From assembly GCA_964621005.1 (NCBI GenBank), contig CAZUIF010000014.1:12457-76456 (forward strand): DNA of 64,000 nucleotides, given 5' to 3'. The notes under the pieces are model-generated. The model did not search any database, had not been told where the DNA came from, and saw nothing but the letters and a program-made list of their open reading frames with translations. Position 1 is the first letter of the stretch; the number at the start of each line of letters is the position of its first letter. The translations under genes and the position numbers were made by a program. Positions 17,956 through 26,298 of this stretch are shown here, piece by piece. Origin of the DNA: an uncultured Rikenella sp. (GTDB taxonomy: Bacteria > Bacteroidota > Bacteroidia > Bacteroidales > VadinHA17).

Positions 17956-19671
17956 ATGCAGTTCACCATAGAAGTAAATAACAAGAGCATCAGGGCGGAG
18001 AAGGGTGAAACCATCCTTTCAGCGCTGAACCGCAACGGCATTATCATACCCACCCTGTGCCGCATGGCAGAGTTCACCCCTACAGGCGCCTGCCGCATGT
18101 GCGTGGTGGAGGTCGAGGGTCGCGACAGGCTGGTTACTGCCTGTTCCGCACCCGTTGAGGAGTGGATGAAGATAAAGACCCATTCTCCCCGCGTCATCAG
18201 GGCCCGCAAGACAATCGTCGAGCTTCTCCTCTCAAACCATCCCGATGACTGTCTGTACTGTGACCGCAATCTCGACTGTGAGCTTCAGCGCCTTTCAGAT
18301 GAGATGCAGGTCAGGGAGCGGCGCATTCGCGGAAGCAAGATCAAGCCCCGCCGCGACCAGTCGAGCCCTGCAATTGTCCGTGAGCTCTCGAAGTGCATCC
18401 TTTGCGGCCGTTGCCTCAGGGTTTGTGAGGAAGTTGTCACAGCAACATCAATTGACTTTATAGGCCGGGGCCGCTATACCCATGTTGGTCCCGCCATGGA
18501 CCGCGACTTCAACTTCTCGAGCTGCATTCACTGCGGTCAGTGCGTGCTTGTCTGCCCTACCGGAGCCCTTCATGAAAAGCATTACCTCACAGAGGTACAG
18601 GAACAGCTCAGTAACAGTGATGTGACCCGCGTCATCCAGTATTCGCCCCTGGTGCCATATGCTCTTGCCGAAGAGCTGGGGATAAAATACAACCGCGACT
18701 TCGACAGGCTGCTCAACGCTGCACTGAGGAAAACAGGCTTCGACAGGATCTTTCTTTCAGGGACCGGAACAGATATCCTGATAACCGAACTTACTGATGC
18801 GATTATCAACGGCAAAAACAATCCGGAAAGGAAGCCGCTGATAGTTTCGGCATGTCCGGCATGGGTCAAGTACTGTGAGCAGTTCACACCAGAGTTGCTG
18901 CCCATGCTTTCGACCCTGAAGACACCGCAGCAGATATCAGGCGCTATCATAAAGTCCGTGGTCCCGGTCAGTGAAGAGAAGCCGCGGGTTTATACCGTAA
19001 GCGTCACCCCGTGCACTGCCATGAAGTTCGAAGCACGCCGCGACAGCATGACAAGAAAGGGGATCAGCGATATCGATACCGTGCTGACTGTGAGGGAGCT
19101 GGCGAGACTGATCGTCCTCTACGGAATTGATATCACGAACATAGACCCGGAGCCGGCCGATGAACCGATGGCACTGCGCAGTTCAGCATCCTTCCTCGCT
19201 GAGTCGGCAGGCGGTATTACCGAATCAGTTCTGCGGTCACTTGCAGCACGTATGGGAGAGAAGGAGGCTGACAGGCCTGCGGTGAAGAAGCTGCGCAATA
19301 CCGGCACCTTCCGTGAGACAATGGTCACGGCGGGAGGAGAGACATACTCTGTTGCCGTTGTTGACGGGCTGAAAGGCCTTTCAAAGCTCAGGCAGATGAT
19401 TGAGGGAGGAGCGCAGTATGACCTTGTGGAGGTGATGGCATGCCCCGGAGGATGTGTCAACGGAGGGGGAATGCTTCCGGCAGGGTCAAGGGAGGCCGTC
19501 AAGCAGAGAACACGCTTCATATGGCAGACGGATGACCAGGAGGCAGTTCGCGCACCGGAACAGTCGGCCTCGGTGGCTGACCTCTACGGCAGGGTATTTG
19601 AACAGTGTTCCGAGCTTGCTGACAAGAAGCTGTTTAATACTCACTTCAGCAAGCGCGAGGTATTGCTATAA
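17956..19671 (+). CDS. hydA: M3-type [FeFe]-hydrogenase large subunit (NuoG-like N-terminus) with non-canonical H-cluster motifs
   Basis: N-terminal [2Fe-2S] region (CRMAEF..GACRMC..C), HPDDCLYCDRNLDCELQ, CILCGRCLRVC, CIHCGQCVLVCP. H-domain aligns colinearly with CpI: IVSACPAWV (L1), VTPCTAMKFEA (L2), VEVMACPGGCVNGGGMLP (L3). Confidence 0.8.
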   Translation: MQFTIEVNNKSIRAEKGETILSALNRNGIIIPTLCRMAEFTPTGACRMCVVEVEGRDRLVTACSAPVEEWMKIKTHSPRVIRARKTIVELLLSNHPDDCLYCDRNLDCELQRLSDEMQVRERRIRGSKIKPRRDQSSPAIVRELSKCILCGRCLRVCEEVVTATSIDFIGRGRYTHVGPAMDRDFNFSSCIHCGQCVLVCPTGALHEKHYLTEVQEQLSNSDVTRVIQYSPLVPYALAEELGIKYNRDFDRLLNAALRKTGFDRIFLSGTGTDILITELTDAIINGKNNPERKPLIVSACPAWVKYCEQFTPELLPMLSTLKTPQQISGAIIKSVVPVSEEKPRVYTVSVTPCTAMKFEARRDSMTRKGISDIDTVLTVRELARLIVLYGIDITNIDPEPADEPMALRSSASFLAESAGGITESVLRSLAARMGEKEADRPAVKKLRNTGTFRETMVTAGGETYSVAVVDGLKGLSKLRQMIEGGAQYDLVEVMACPGGCVNGGGMLPAGSREAVKQRTRFIWQTDDQEAVRAPEQSASVADLYGRVFEQCSELADKKLFNTHFSKREVLL

Positions 19672-19683
19672 AAGAAGGAACCG

Positions 19684-21654
19684 ATGCTTGTATATACAAT
19701 AAAGGAGCTTTGCCGTACATGCTACACCTGCGTGAGGGAGTGCCCTGCCCGTGCTATCCGTATTGTGGGCGGACAGGCAGAGGTGATAACCGAAAAGTGT
19801 ATTGCATGCGGCAACTGTACAAAGGTGTGCAGCCAGGGAGCCAAGGTGTTTGTAAATACCGTTGACCTGGTGCGCAAGGTACTTGCAAGGCCCGGCAAAA
19901 AGGCAGCATTGGTGGCCCCCAGCTTCCCCGCGGAGTTTTATGACATCGATGACTACCGGAAGATGGTCGGGATGATCCGGGCCCTGGGCTTTGACTACGT
20001 CTCGGAGGTTTCATTCGGGGCTGACCTTGTTGCTCACCGCTACCGCAACCTCATAAGCGAAGCCGGTGCAAAAAACTATATTTCATCTGACTGTCCGGCA
20101 ATAGTATCATTCATAAGGTTCTATCATTCCGATCTTACTCCTGATCTTATCCCCGTCGTTTCACCCATGGTGGCCATGACCAGGGTTATGAGGAAGAAGT
20201 ACGGCGATGACCTGTCAGTGGTATTTATCGGTCCTTGCGTTGCCAAAAAGGCCGAAAACGCCGAAGTGGATGCAGCTATCACATTCATTGAGCTGCGCGA
20301 GATGTTTGAAACATCCGGTATCACCCCTGAAACGGCAGCACTTTCCGGGTTTGATCCGCCGCTTGGCGGAAGGGGGGCAATATTCCCCGTAACAAGAGGG
20401 CTGCTCCAGACTGCCGGTGTAAATGATGACGCTATAACCGGAAATATTATTGCAGCGGAAGGACGGATCGGCTTCCAGGAAGCAATCAAGGAGTTTGAAC
20501 AGGGAATGATAGGCGGTCAGCACCTTGAGCTGCTGTGCTGTGAAGGATGCATAATGGGCCCGGGAATGAGCAAGGGCGGCAAACAGTACAACAGGAGGGC
20601 ACTGGTGAGTTCCTATGCCCAGAATAAGATGGCTGCACTTGACATGGCGGAGTGGCGAAACAACCTTGAGAACTATGACAGGCTTGACCTCTCCGTTCGC
20701 TACCGTCCCGAAGACAAAAGGCAGCTGATTCCTCCCGACGACAATGAAGAAGTGCGGCAGGTCCTGGCTTCGATGGGGAAGGTGACTGACAAGGATCACC
20801 TTAACTGCGGTGCATGCGGATATGATACCTGCTATGATCACGCAGTAGCAATAATAAGGGGACTGGCCGAGGAGGAGATGTGCCTGCCCTATACCATTGA
20901 AAAACTGCATAAATCAGTACAGGACCTGGCACTGTCGAATGCCAAGCTCACTACAATGCAGAACGCCCTCAAGCAGTCGGAGAAGCTGGCGCACATGGGG
21001 CAGCTCTCCGCAGGCATAGCACATGAGCTTAACAACCCGCTCGGTGTGGTCATCATGTACAGTAATATCCTGCTTGATGAGTGCAGGCCGGAGGACCCGG
21101 TGCGGGAAGACCTGCAACTGATTGTTGAGCAGGCCGCGAGATGCAAGAAGATAGTTGCCGGACTTCTCAACTTCGCACGCAAGAACCAGGTCAACCACCA
21201 GTTCATTGACATCAGGAAACTTACAGAGAACAGCGTTGCCGGTGTAGTCTTCCCTGATGACGTGAAGGCTGTCATTGAAGACCGGACAACCAGCCCTGAT
21301 GCATCACTTGACTCAGAGCAGATGACCCAGGTGCTGACAAACCTGTTCAGGAACGCCATCGATGCCATGCCCGGCGGAGGAATACTGAAAATAACCCTTG
21401 AAGATACGCCCGGAGATGTTATATTCATAGTTTCGGATACCGGAAGCGGGATTAAGGACGAAGACAAGCCCAAGATCTTTGAGCCCTTCTTTACAACCAA
21501 GGGGCTTGGCAAGGGCACCGGCCTCGGACTGGCTACCACCTACGGCATTGTTAAAATGCACAAGGGGCAGATAACGGTGGAGACAAACAGCAACCCTGCC
21601 AAGGGACCCACAGGCACCACCTTCAGGATCATCCTTCCAAGGAGACCTGAGTGA
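19684..21654 (+). CDS. Sensory-type [FeFe]-hydrogenase-like domain fused to a histidine kinase (HydS-HK / HfsD-like)
   Basis: CRTCYTCVRECP and CIACGNCTKVC. H-domain motifs SSDCPA, GPCVAKKAE, LLCCEGCIMGPG. CGACGYDTC-x16-C. H-box LSAGIAHELNNPL. HATPase motifs NLFRNAIDAMPGGG, DTGSGI, GTGLGLATTYGIV. Confidence 0.85.
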   Translation: MLVYTIKELCRTCYTCVRECPARAIRIVGGQAEVITEKCIACGNCTKVCSQGAKVFVNTVDLVRKVLARPGKKAALVAPSFPAEFYDIDDYRKMVGMIRALGFDYVSEVSFGADLVAHRYRNLISEAGAKNYISSDCPAIVSFIRFYHSDLTPDLIPVVSPMVAMTRVMRKKYGDDLSVVFIGPCVAKKAENAEVDAAITFIELREMFETSGITPETAALSGFDPPLGGRGAIFPVTRGLLQTAGVNDDAITGNIIAAEGRIGFQEAIKEFEQGMIGGQHLELLCCEGCIMGPGMSKGGKQYNRRALVSSYAQNKMAALDMAEWRNNLENYDRLDLSVRYRPEDKRQLIPPDDNEEVRQVLASMGKVTDKDHLNCGACGYDTCYDHAVAIIRGLAEEEMCLPYTIEKLHKSVQDLALSNAKLTTMQNALKQSEKLAHMGQLSAGIAHELNNPLGVVIMYSNILLDECRPEDPVREDLQLIVEQAARCKKIVAGLLNFARKNQVNHQFIDIRKLTENSVAGVVFPDDVKAVIEDRTTSPDASLDSEQMTQVLTNLFRNAIDAMPGGGILKITLEDTPGDVIFIVSDTGSGIKDEDKPKIFEPFFTTKGLGKGTGLGLATTYGIVKMHKGQITVETNSNPAKGPTGTTFRIILPRRPE

Positions 21655-21696
21655 CTGCCCCGGGAAAAAGAGTGAACAATCAAAACAAACTTAGCA

Positions 21697-22089
21697 ATGA
21701 GTAAAACATATTCAGTCCTGCTTGCCGACGATGACCCTGATTACCTCTTCCAGGTGGCATACTACCTGCGCAAGGCCGGGTTCGGGGTGATGGCTGTGGA
21801 GAGCCAGGCTGAAGCAGAGCAGGTGATGGCAAAGACGAAGCCTGACATCGCAGTGTTTGACCTGATGATGGAGAGTGATGACAGCGGCTTCATACTGTGC
21901 TACAAGCTGAAGAGAAAGTATCCGGAGGTGCCGGTCATCCTGGCAACCGCCGTCTCCCGTGAGACAGGCATCACCTTCGGACTAAGCGGTGGACAGGACC
22001 GCGAGTGGATAAGGGCCGATCTCTACCTTGAAAAGGGTGTCAGGCCTGAACAACTGGAACAGGAGATAAAAAAACTTCTCAAAATCTGA
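21697..22089 (+). CDS. Stand-alone response-regulator receiver protein
   Basis: 130 aa. LLADDDPD, IAVFDLMM (phospho-acceptor Asp), no output domain. Confidence 0.8.
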   Translation: MSKTYSVLLADDDPDYLFQVAYYLRKAGFGVMAVESQAEAEQVMAKTKPDIAVFDLMMESDDSGFILCYKLKRKYPEVPVILATAVSRETGITFGLSGGQDREWIRADLYLEKGVRPEQLEQEIKKLLKI

Positions 22090-22091
22090 CC

Positions 22092-23240
22092 ATGGCACAA
22101 CTGAAGATACTTGTAGTTGATGACGAACCGGGCATAAGATCAGGTGTCACCAGGATCCTGGGCAATTTCCACGTTACTTATCCATTCATGGATGAGGACT
22201 ATAAGTTTAATATCCTGGAGGCTGCCACCGGTGAGGAAGGGATAGAAATTATTGACCGGGAGATGCCTGACATCCTCCTGCTTGACAACAAGCTCCCGGG
22301 AATCCAGGGAGTGGAGGTGCTCGAATATGTAAGGAAAAAGAATTATGACATCGTGGTGGCAATGATAACATCTTACGCCTCCATCGACGTCGCCGTAAGA
22401 GCGCATAATGACGGCGCCATCGACTTCATTCCCAAGCCGTTTACACCGCAGGAACTGAAGGCATCTATTGAGCAGATAACAAAGCAGCAGTATCTCCGGA
22501 GGATAACCCACAAGCTGAAGGTTGAAGGCAGGAAGGTCAGGTTCCAGTTTCTTTCCGTGCTGTCGCACGAACTGAAAGCGCCGCTCAACGCCATCGAAGG
22601 CTACCTCAGGATGATGCAGGGGAGGCAGATGGGCGACTCGCTCGATGAATACGCATCTGCTATTGAAAGATCGCTTCAGCGCATTGAAAGCATGAGGAAC
22701 CTGATAATGGACCTCCTCGATTTCACCAAGGTGAGCTTTGAGAGGCAGATGGAGAAGATGCAGAACGTGAACATGAAGGAGCTTTTATCCATGGCAGTGG
22801 GAACAGTCAGCCCCTACGCCATACACAAGGATATACAGTTTGTAACCGAGGTGAAGGGATGTGAGACAATATGGGCTGACCCCAACGATTTTGAGATAAT
22901 TCTCAACAACCTGGTTTCCAATGCCGTCAAGTACAATAAGCCGGGCGGAACAGTTACTGTTACCGTTGACTGCACTGAGAATGAATTCACCGTTTCGGTG
23001 GCTGATACCGGGATAGGGATGAACGGTGATGAGCGTGACATGCTCTTTGAGGAGTTCTCAAGAATCCGTAATGACAAGACCCGAAATATAAGCGGGAGCG
23101 GTCTGGGACTATCAATAGTGAAAAAAGTTGTTGATCTTTACCACGGCGTGATCAATGTGGAGAGTTCCCCTGACAGGGGATCGGTCTTCACGGTGATCAT
23201 TCCCAGGTCACAGGTATCCAATATTAAAACAGGAATATGA
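22092..23240 (+). CDS. Hybrid receiver + histidine kinase
   Basis: ILVVDDEPGIRSG...ILLLDNKLPG receiver, then FLSVLSHELKAPLNAI (HisKA) and NLVSNAVKYNKPGG, DTGIGM, GSGLGLSIVK (HATPase). Confidence 0.85.
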   Translation: MAQLKILVVDDEPGIRSGVTRILGNFHVTYPFMDEDYKFNILEAATGEEGIEIIDREMPDILLLDNKLPGIQGVEVLEYVRKKNYDIVVAMITSYASIDVAVRAHNDGAIDFIPKPFTPQELKASIEQITKQQYLRRITHKLKVEGRKVRFQFLSVLSHELKAPLNAIEGYLRMMQGRQMGDSLDEYASAIERSLQRIESMRNLIMDLLDFTKVSFERQMEKMQNVNMKELLSMAVGTVSPYAIHKDIQFVTEVKGCETIWADPNDFEIILNNLVSNAVKYNKPGGTVTVTVDCTENEFTVSVADTGIGMNGDERDMLFEEFSRIRNDKTRNISGSGLGLSIVKKVVDLYHGVINVESSPDRGSVFTVIIPRSQVSNIKTGI

Positions 23241-23875
23241 AAACACTCCCCGGAAAGACAGTTGAACGACTCAGCCAGTACCGCAGAGCGCTGACAGCCA
23301 CCCTTGCTTCAAACAGAAATTATGTTTTTTCACATGAGCTTGCCGCCATGCTGCACATCACTGCTGTGCAGGTAAGACGTGATCTCATGCTGATCGGTTA
23401 CGGCAGCGTGATGAGAAAAGGCTATGACGTGAGAGAACTGATCAATACAATAGGGTCAATTATTGATGGACCGACCAGCCTCAATGTGGCCATCATCGGG
23501 ATGGGCAACCTCGGCAGGGCCATCACCGGTTACTTCAAGGGCAAGCGTACCAACATGAATGTTGTGGCAGCTTTTGATGTCGATCCCCAGAAGGTTGACA
23601 AGGTGGTTGCCGGAGTCAGGTGCTACAATATCAGCCAGTTGAGGAAGTTCAGAGAGGAGCTCGATATCTCGGTAGCTGTCCTTGCCATTCCCGCCGACCA
23701 GGCGGTCACAATGGCTTCCATGCTTGTCAGCAACGGGATAAAGGGTATCATGAACTTTACAACCGTTCCCCTCAACATGCCCGACACAGTTTACCTGGAA
23801 GAGTTTGACATGATCACATCTATAGAGAAGGTGGCCTATTTTGTAAAGGAGAACCAGCAGCCGGCGGGACAATGA
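23237..23875 (+). CDS. rex: Redox-sensing transcriptional repressor Rex
   Basis: TVERLSQYRR...SHELAAMLHITAVQVRRDL (wHTH) and IIGMGNLGRAI (Rossmann NADH site). 212 aa. ATGA overlaps on both sides. Confidence 0.9.
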   Translation: MKTLPGKTVERLSQYRRALTATLASNRNYVFSHELAAMLHITAVQVRRDLMLIGYGSVMRKGYDVRELINTIGSIIDGPTSLNVAIIGMGNLGRAITGYFKGKRTNMNVVAAFDVDPQKVDKVVAGVRCYNISQLRKFREELDISVAVLAIPADQAVTMASMLVSNGIKGIMNFTTVPLNMPDTVYLEEFDMITSIEKVAYFVKENQQPAGQ

Positions 23876-24783
23876 GGATATTCAGGAGCTTTGAGGAGGC
23901 GTCGGTCATTAATGCCCCTGTGGTCACAACAGGCACCTTTGACGGCGTACACATCGGGCACCGGACAATCATAAACAGGCTGAAGAAACTTGCGTCGGAG
24001 CACGGCGGCGAAAGCGTGCTGATCACCTTCCATCCGCATCCGAGGGTGGTACTTTACCCTGAAACCGCAGGCAAGGGGCTGAAGCTGATATGTTCCCAGG
24101 AGGAAAAGACAGAGCTCCTGCGCAAGGCAGGGCTTGACAATGTAATTATTATTGAGTTTACCCGCGAGTTTGCGAAGATCACCAGCGAGGAATTCGTGAG
24201 GGATATCCTATGCGGGGTACTGGGGGCGAAGGTGATAGTCGTCGGCCATAACCACCACTTCGGGTTCAACCAGGAGGGTGACTACCGCAGGCTGTGGGAG
24301 TGGAGGGAGCAGTATGGCTTTGAGGCCGAAGAGATACCGATGCAGGAGGTGCAGAACGAGACCGTCAGTTCCACCCGCATACGGCAGGCTCTTACAGAAG
24401 GATACATCCAGCGTGCCAACGCATACCTGGATCATTTCTACCTTGTTATAGGCACCGCAGTAAAGGATGATCCCGGACTGTCACCGCTTGTGCCGATGAT
24501 ACGGATACCGGTGACAGACGTCACGAAGCTCGTCCCGGCACCGGGACTTTATGCTGTGTCCTGTGCCGCCGAGACTTACTTTTCAAGGGGGATGGTTTTC
24601 ATCCCGGACAACGGGACGCTTTTGCCGGATATATTCCTCCATCTTGAAAAATATGAGAGTGATATTCCGGGCAAGCGGATGACACTTTTCTTTCACAAGC
24701 GGCTCCAGGCGTCACGCTTCGGCATGGGTACAGAAAAGGCTCTTATTGAGGGTGTTAGGGAGATAGGTGAACTTATATTCTGA
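23872..24783 (+). CDS. ribF: RibF-like FMN adenylyltransferase/riboflavin kinase with a degenerate kinase motif
   Basis: N-terminal VVTTGTFDGVHIGHRTII and VSSTRIRQAL (FMNAT module). The C-terminal RFK-like module has GLYAV, but PMIR sits where the PTAN motif is expected. Confidence 0.75.
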   Translation: MRIFRSFEEASVINAPVVTTGTFDGVHIGHRTIINRLKKLASEHGGESVLITFHPHPRVVLYPETAGKGLKLICSQEEKTELLRKAGLDNVIIIEFTREFAKITSEEFVRDILCGVLGAKVIVVGHNHHFGFNQEGDYRRLWEWREQYGFEAEEIPMQEVQNETVSSTRIRQALTEGYIQRANAYLDHFYLVIGTAVKDDPGLSPLVPMIRIPVTDVTKLVPAPGLYAVSCAAETYFSRGMVFIPDNGTLLPDIFLHLEKYESDIPGKRMTLFFHKRLQASRFGMGTEKALIEGVREIGELIF

Positions 24784-24813
24784 TTCCCCGGAACACCGGG
24801 AAACTTTAATCCG

Positions 24814-24821
24814 TATCTTTG
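24814..24821 (+). promoter_or_regulatory. Candidate -7 promoter box (TAnnTTTG) upstream of hydG
   Basis: TATCTTTG lies 45 nt upstream of the ATG at 24866. A weak hairpin CCCGG-AACA-CCGGG (24787-24800) follows ribF. Confidence 0.35.
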
Positions 24822-24865
24822 TATGATATATCTCTGCGAGGGGGACAGAGCAAAAAAGTAAAGAG

Positions 24866-26287
24866 ATGAAATTCAATCCTGAAAAATGCAGTATTCCTGA
24901 CCGCAGGATGGAGCCGTTCATTGATCCGGCTGAACTGTGGAATCATATAAATAATAACAAGGCTGACGCCGTAAGGGTGAGGGAGCTGATAGCCAAATCG
25001 CTTTCCAAGGAGCGCCTTACACTGGCTGAGACAGCTGTGCTCATCAATGCCGGAGGCAGCCTGGTTGAGGAGATCAAGGCCGGCGCACGCGAGCTGAAGA
25101 AAAAGGTCTACGGAAACAGGATAGTACTGTTTGCCCCTTTGTACATAGGGAACAAATGCACAAACAACTGCCAGTACTGCGGATTCAGGGTCACAAACAA
25201 GGAAGCAAGGCGCAAGACACTTTCCGATGAAGAGATTACGGCCGAGGTTGAGGCGCTTGAGGACAACGGCCAGAAGAGACTTATCCTGGTTTACGGTGAG
25301 CATCCGGAATACGGTCCTGATTATATAGCCCATACCGTAAACCTGGTCTATGGCATCAAGAAGGACCGGGGTGAGATCCGAAGAGTAAACATCAATGCTG
25401 CACCTCTTGATGTGGACGGATTCCGCACTGTTGGCAGATCAGGTATTGGCACCTACCAGATATTCCAGGAGACCTATGACCCGGAAGCATACAAATGGTA
25501 CCACCTCGGCGGGAAGAAAAAGGACTATGAGTGGCGCCTTACCGCCCTTGACAGGGCGCAGGAAGCCGGAATTGACGATGTGGGCATCGGAGCCCTGTTC
25601 GGCCTGTACGACTGGCGTTTCGAGGTGATGGGCCTGGTGAGGCATGCAAACCACCTGGAGGCCTGCTATAATGTGGGCCCTCATACAATCTCCTTCCCCA
25701 GGATCAAGGATGCCTCGGCGCTGAACCTCAACGGACAGTACTATGTCAGCGATGAGAACTTCAAGAAGCTGATAGCAATTTTGCGCCTGGCTGTTCCGTA
25801 TACCGGGCTTATTCTCACTGCCCGCGAGGCACCTGACGTCAGGTCCGAGGCTATGGCCTTCGGAGTGTCGCAGATAGACGGCGGAACAAAGCTTGAGCTG
25901 GGAGGGTACTCGGCCTCGAAAAATGCGGAGCAGAATCTCAACCGCGAGCAGTTCAAGATCAATGATGAACGGTCACTTGCTGACGTTATCGATGAGCTGA
26001 TAGACAATGACTACATACCGTCGTTCTGCACGGCATGCTACCGCCTTGGCCGTACCGGCGAGCACTTCATGGAGTTCTCAGTGCCCGGGTTTATAAAGCG
26101 GTACTGCACTCCCAACGCCATTCTTACACTGTCTGAGTATATTGTTGACTATGCATCGCCGGAACTGGCTGAAAAGGGATGGAAGGCAATCGAAAAGAAC
26201 ATGGCTGACCTCGACGAGGGGATGAAGCAGAGCATACTTAAGAAGATAGACAGGATAAAGAAAGGGGAGAGGGACCTTTACTACTAA
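24866..26287 (+). CDS. hydG: [FeFe]-hydrogenase H-cluster radical-SAM maturase HydG
   Basis: 473 aa, ThiH-like. CTNNCQYCGF radical-SAM motif and C-terminal CTACYRLGRTGEHFME...C cluster motif. Confidence 0.9.
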   Translation: MKFNPEKCSIPDRRMEPFIDPAELWNHINNNKADAVRVRELIAKSLSKERLTLAETAVLINAGGSLVEEIKAGARELKKKVYGNRIVLFAPLYIGNKCTNNCQYCGFRVTNKEARRKTLSDEEITAEVEALEDNGQKRLILVYGEHPEYGPDYIAHTVNLVYGIKKDRGEIRRVNINAAPLDVDGFRTVGRSGIGTYQIFQETYDPEAYKWYHLGGKKKDYEWRLTALDRAQEAGIDDVGIGALFGLYDWRFEVMGLVRHANHLEACYNVGPHTISFPRIKDASALNLNGQYYVSDENFKKLIAILRLAVPYTGLILTAREAPDVRSEAMAFGVSQIDGGTKLELGGYSASKNAEQNLNREQFKINDERSLADVIDELIDNDYIPSFCTACYRLGRTGEHFMEFSVPGFIKRYCTPNAILTLSEYIVDYASPELAEKGWKAIEKNMADLDEGMKQSILKKIDRIKKGERDLYY

Positions 26288-26298
26288 AATCAAAAATC

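Noticed and set aside
20215-21539. Two long antisense ORFs (231 and 216 aa) opposite the HydS-histidine kinase gene. Similar cases occur at 60610-61374, 39049-39702, 29868-30485 and 12009-12536.
   Set aside because: All lie fully inside well-supported genes on the other strand, have low-complexity or odd composition and show no motifs. I treat them as shadow ORFs.
24787-24800. Hairpin CCCGG-AACA-CCGGG after ribF as an intrinsic terminator
   Set aside because: It has only a 5-bp stem and no T-tract, which is too weak to call. It is mentioned only as context for a possible internal hydG promoter.
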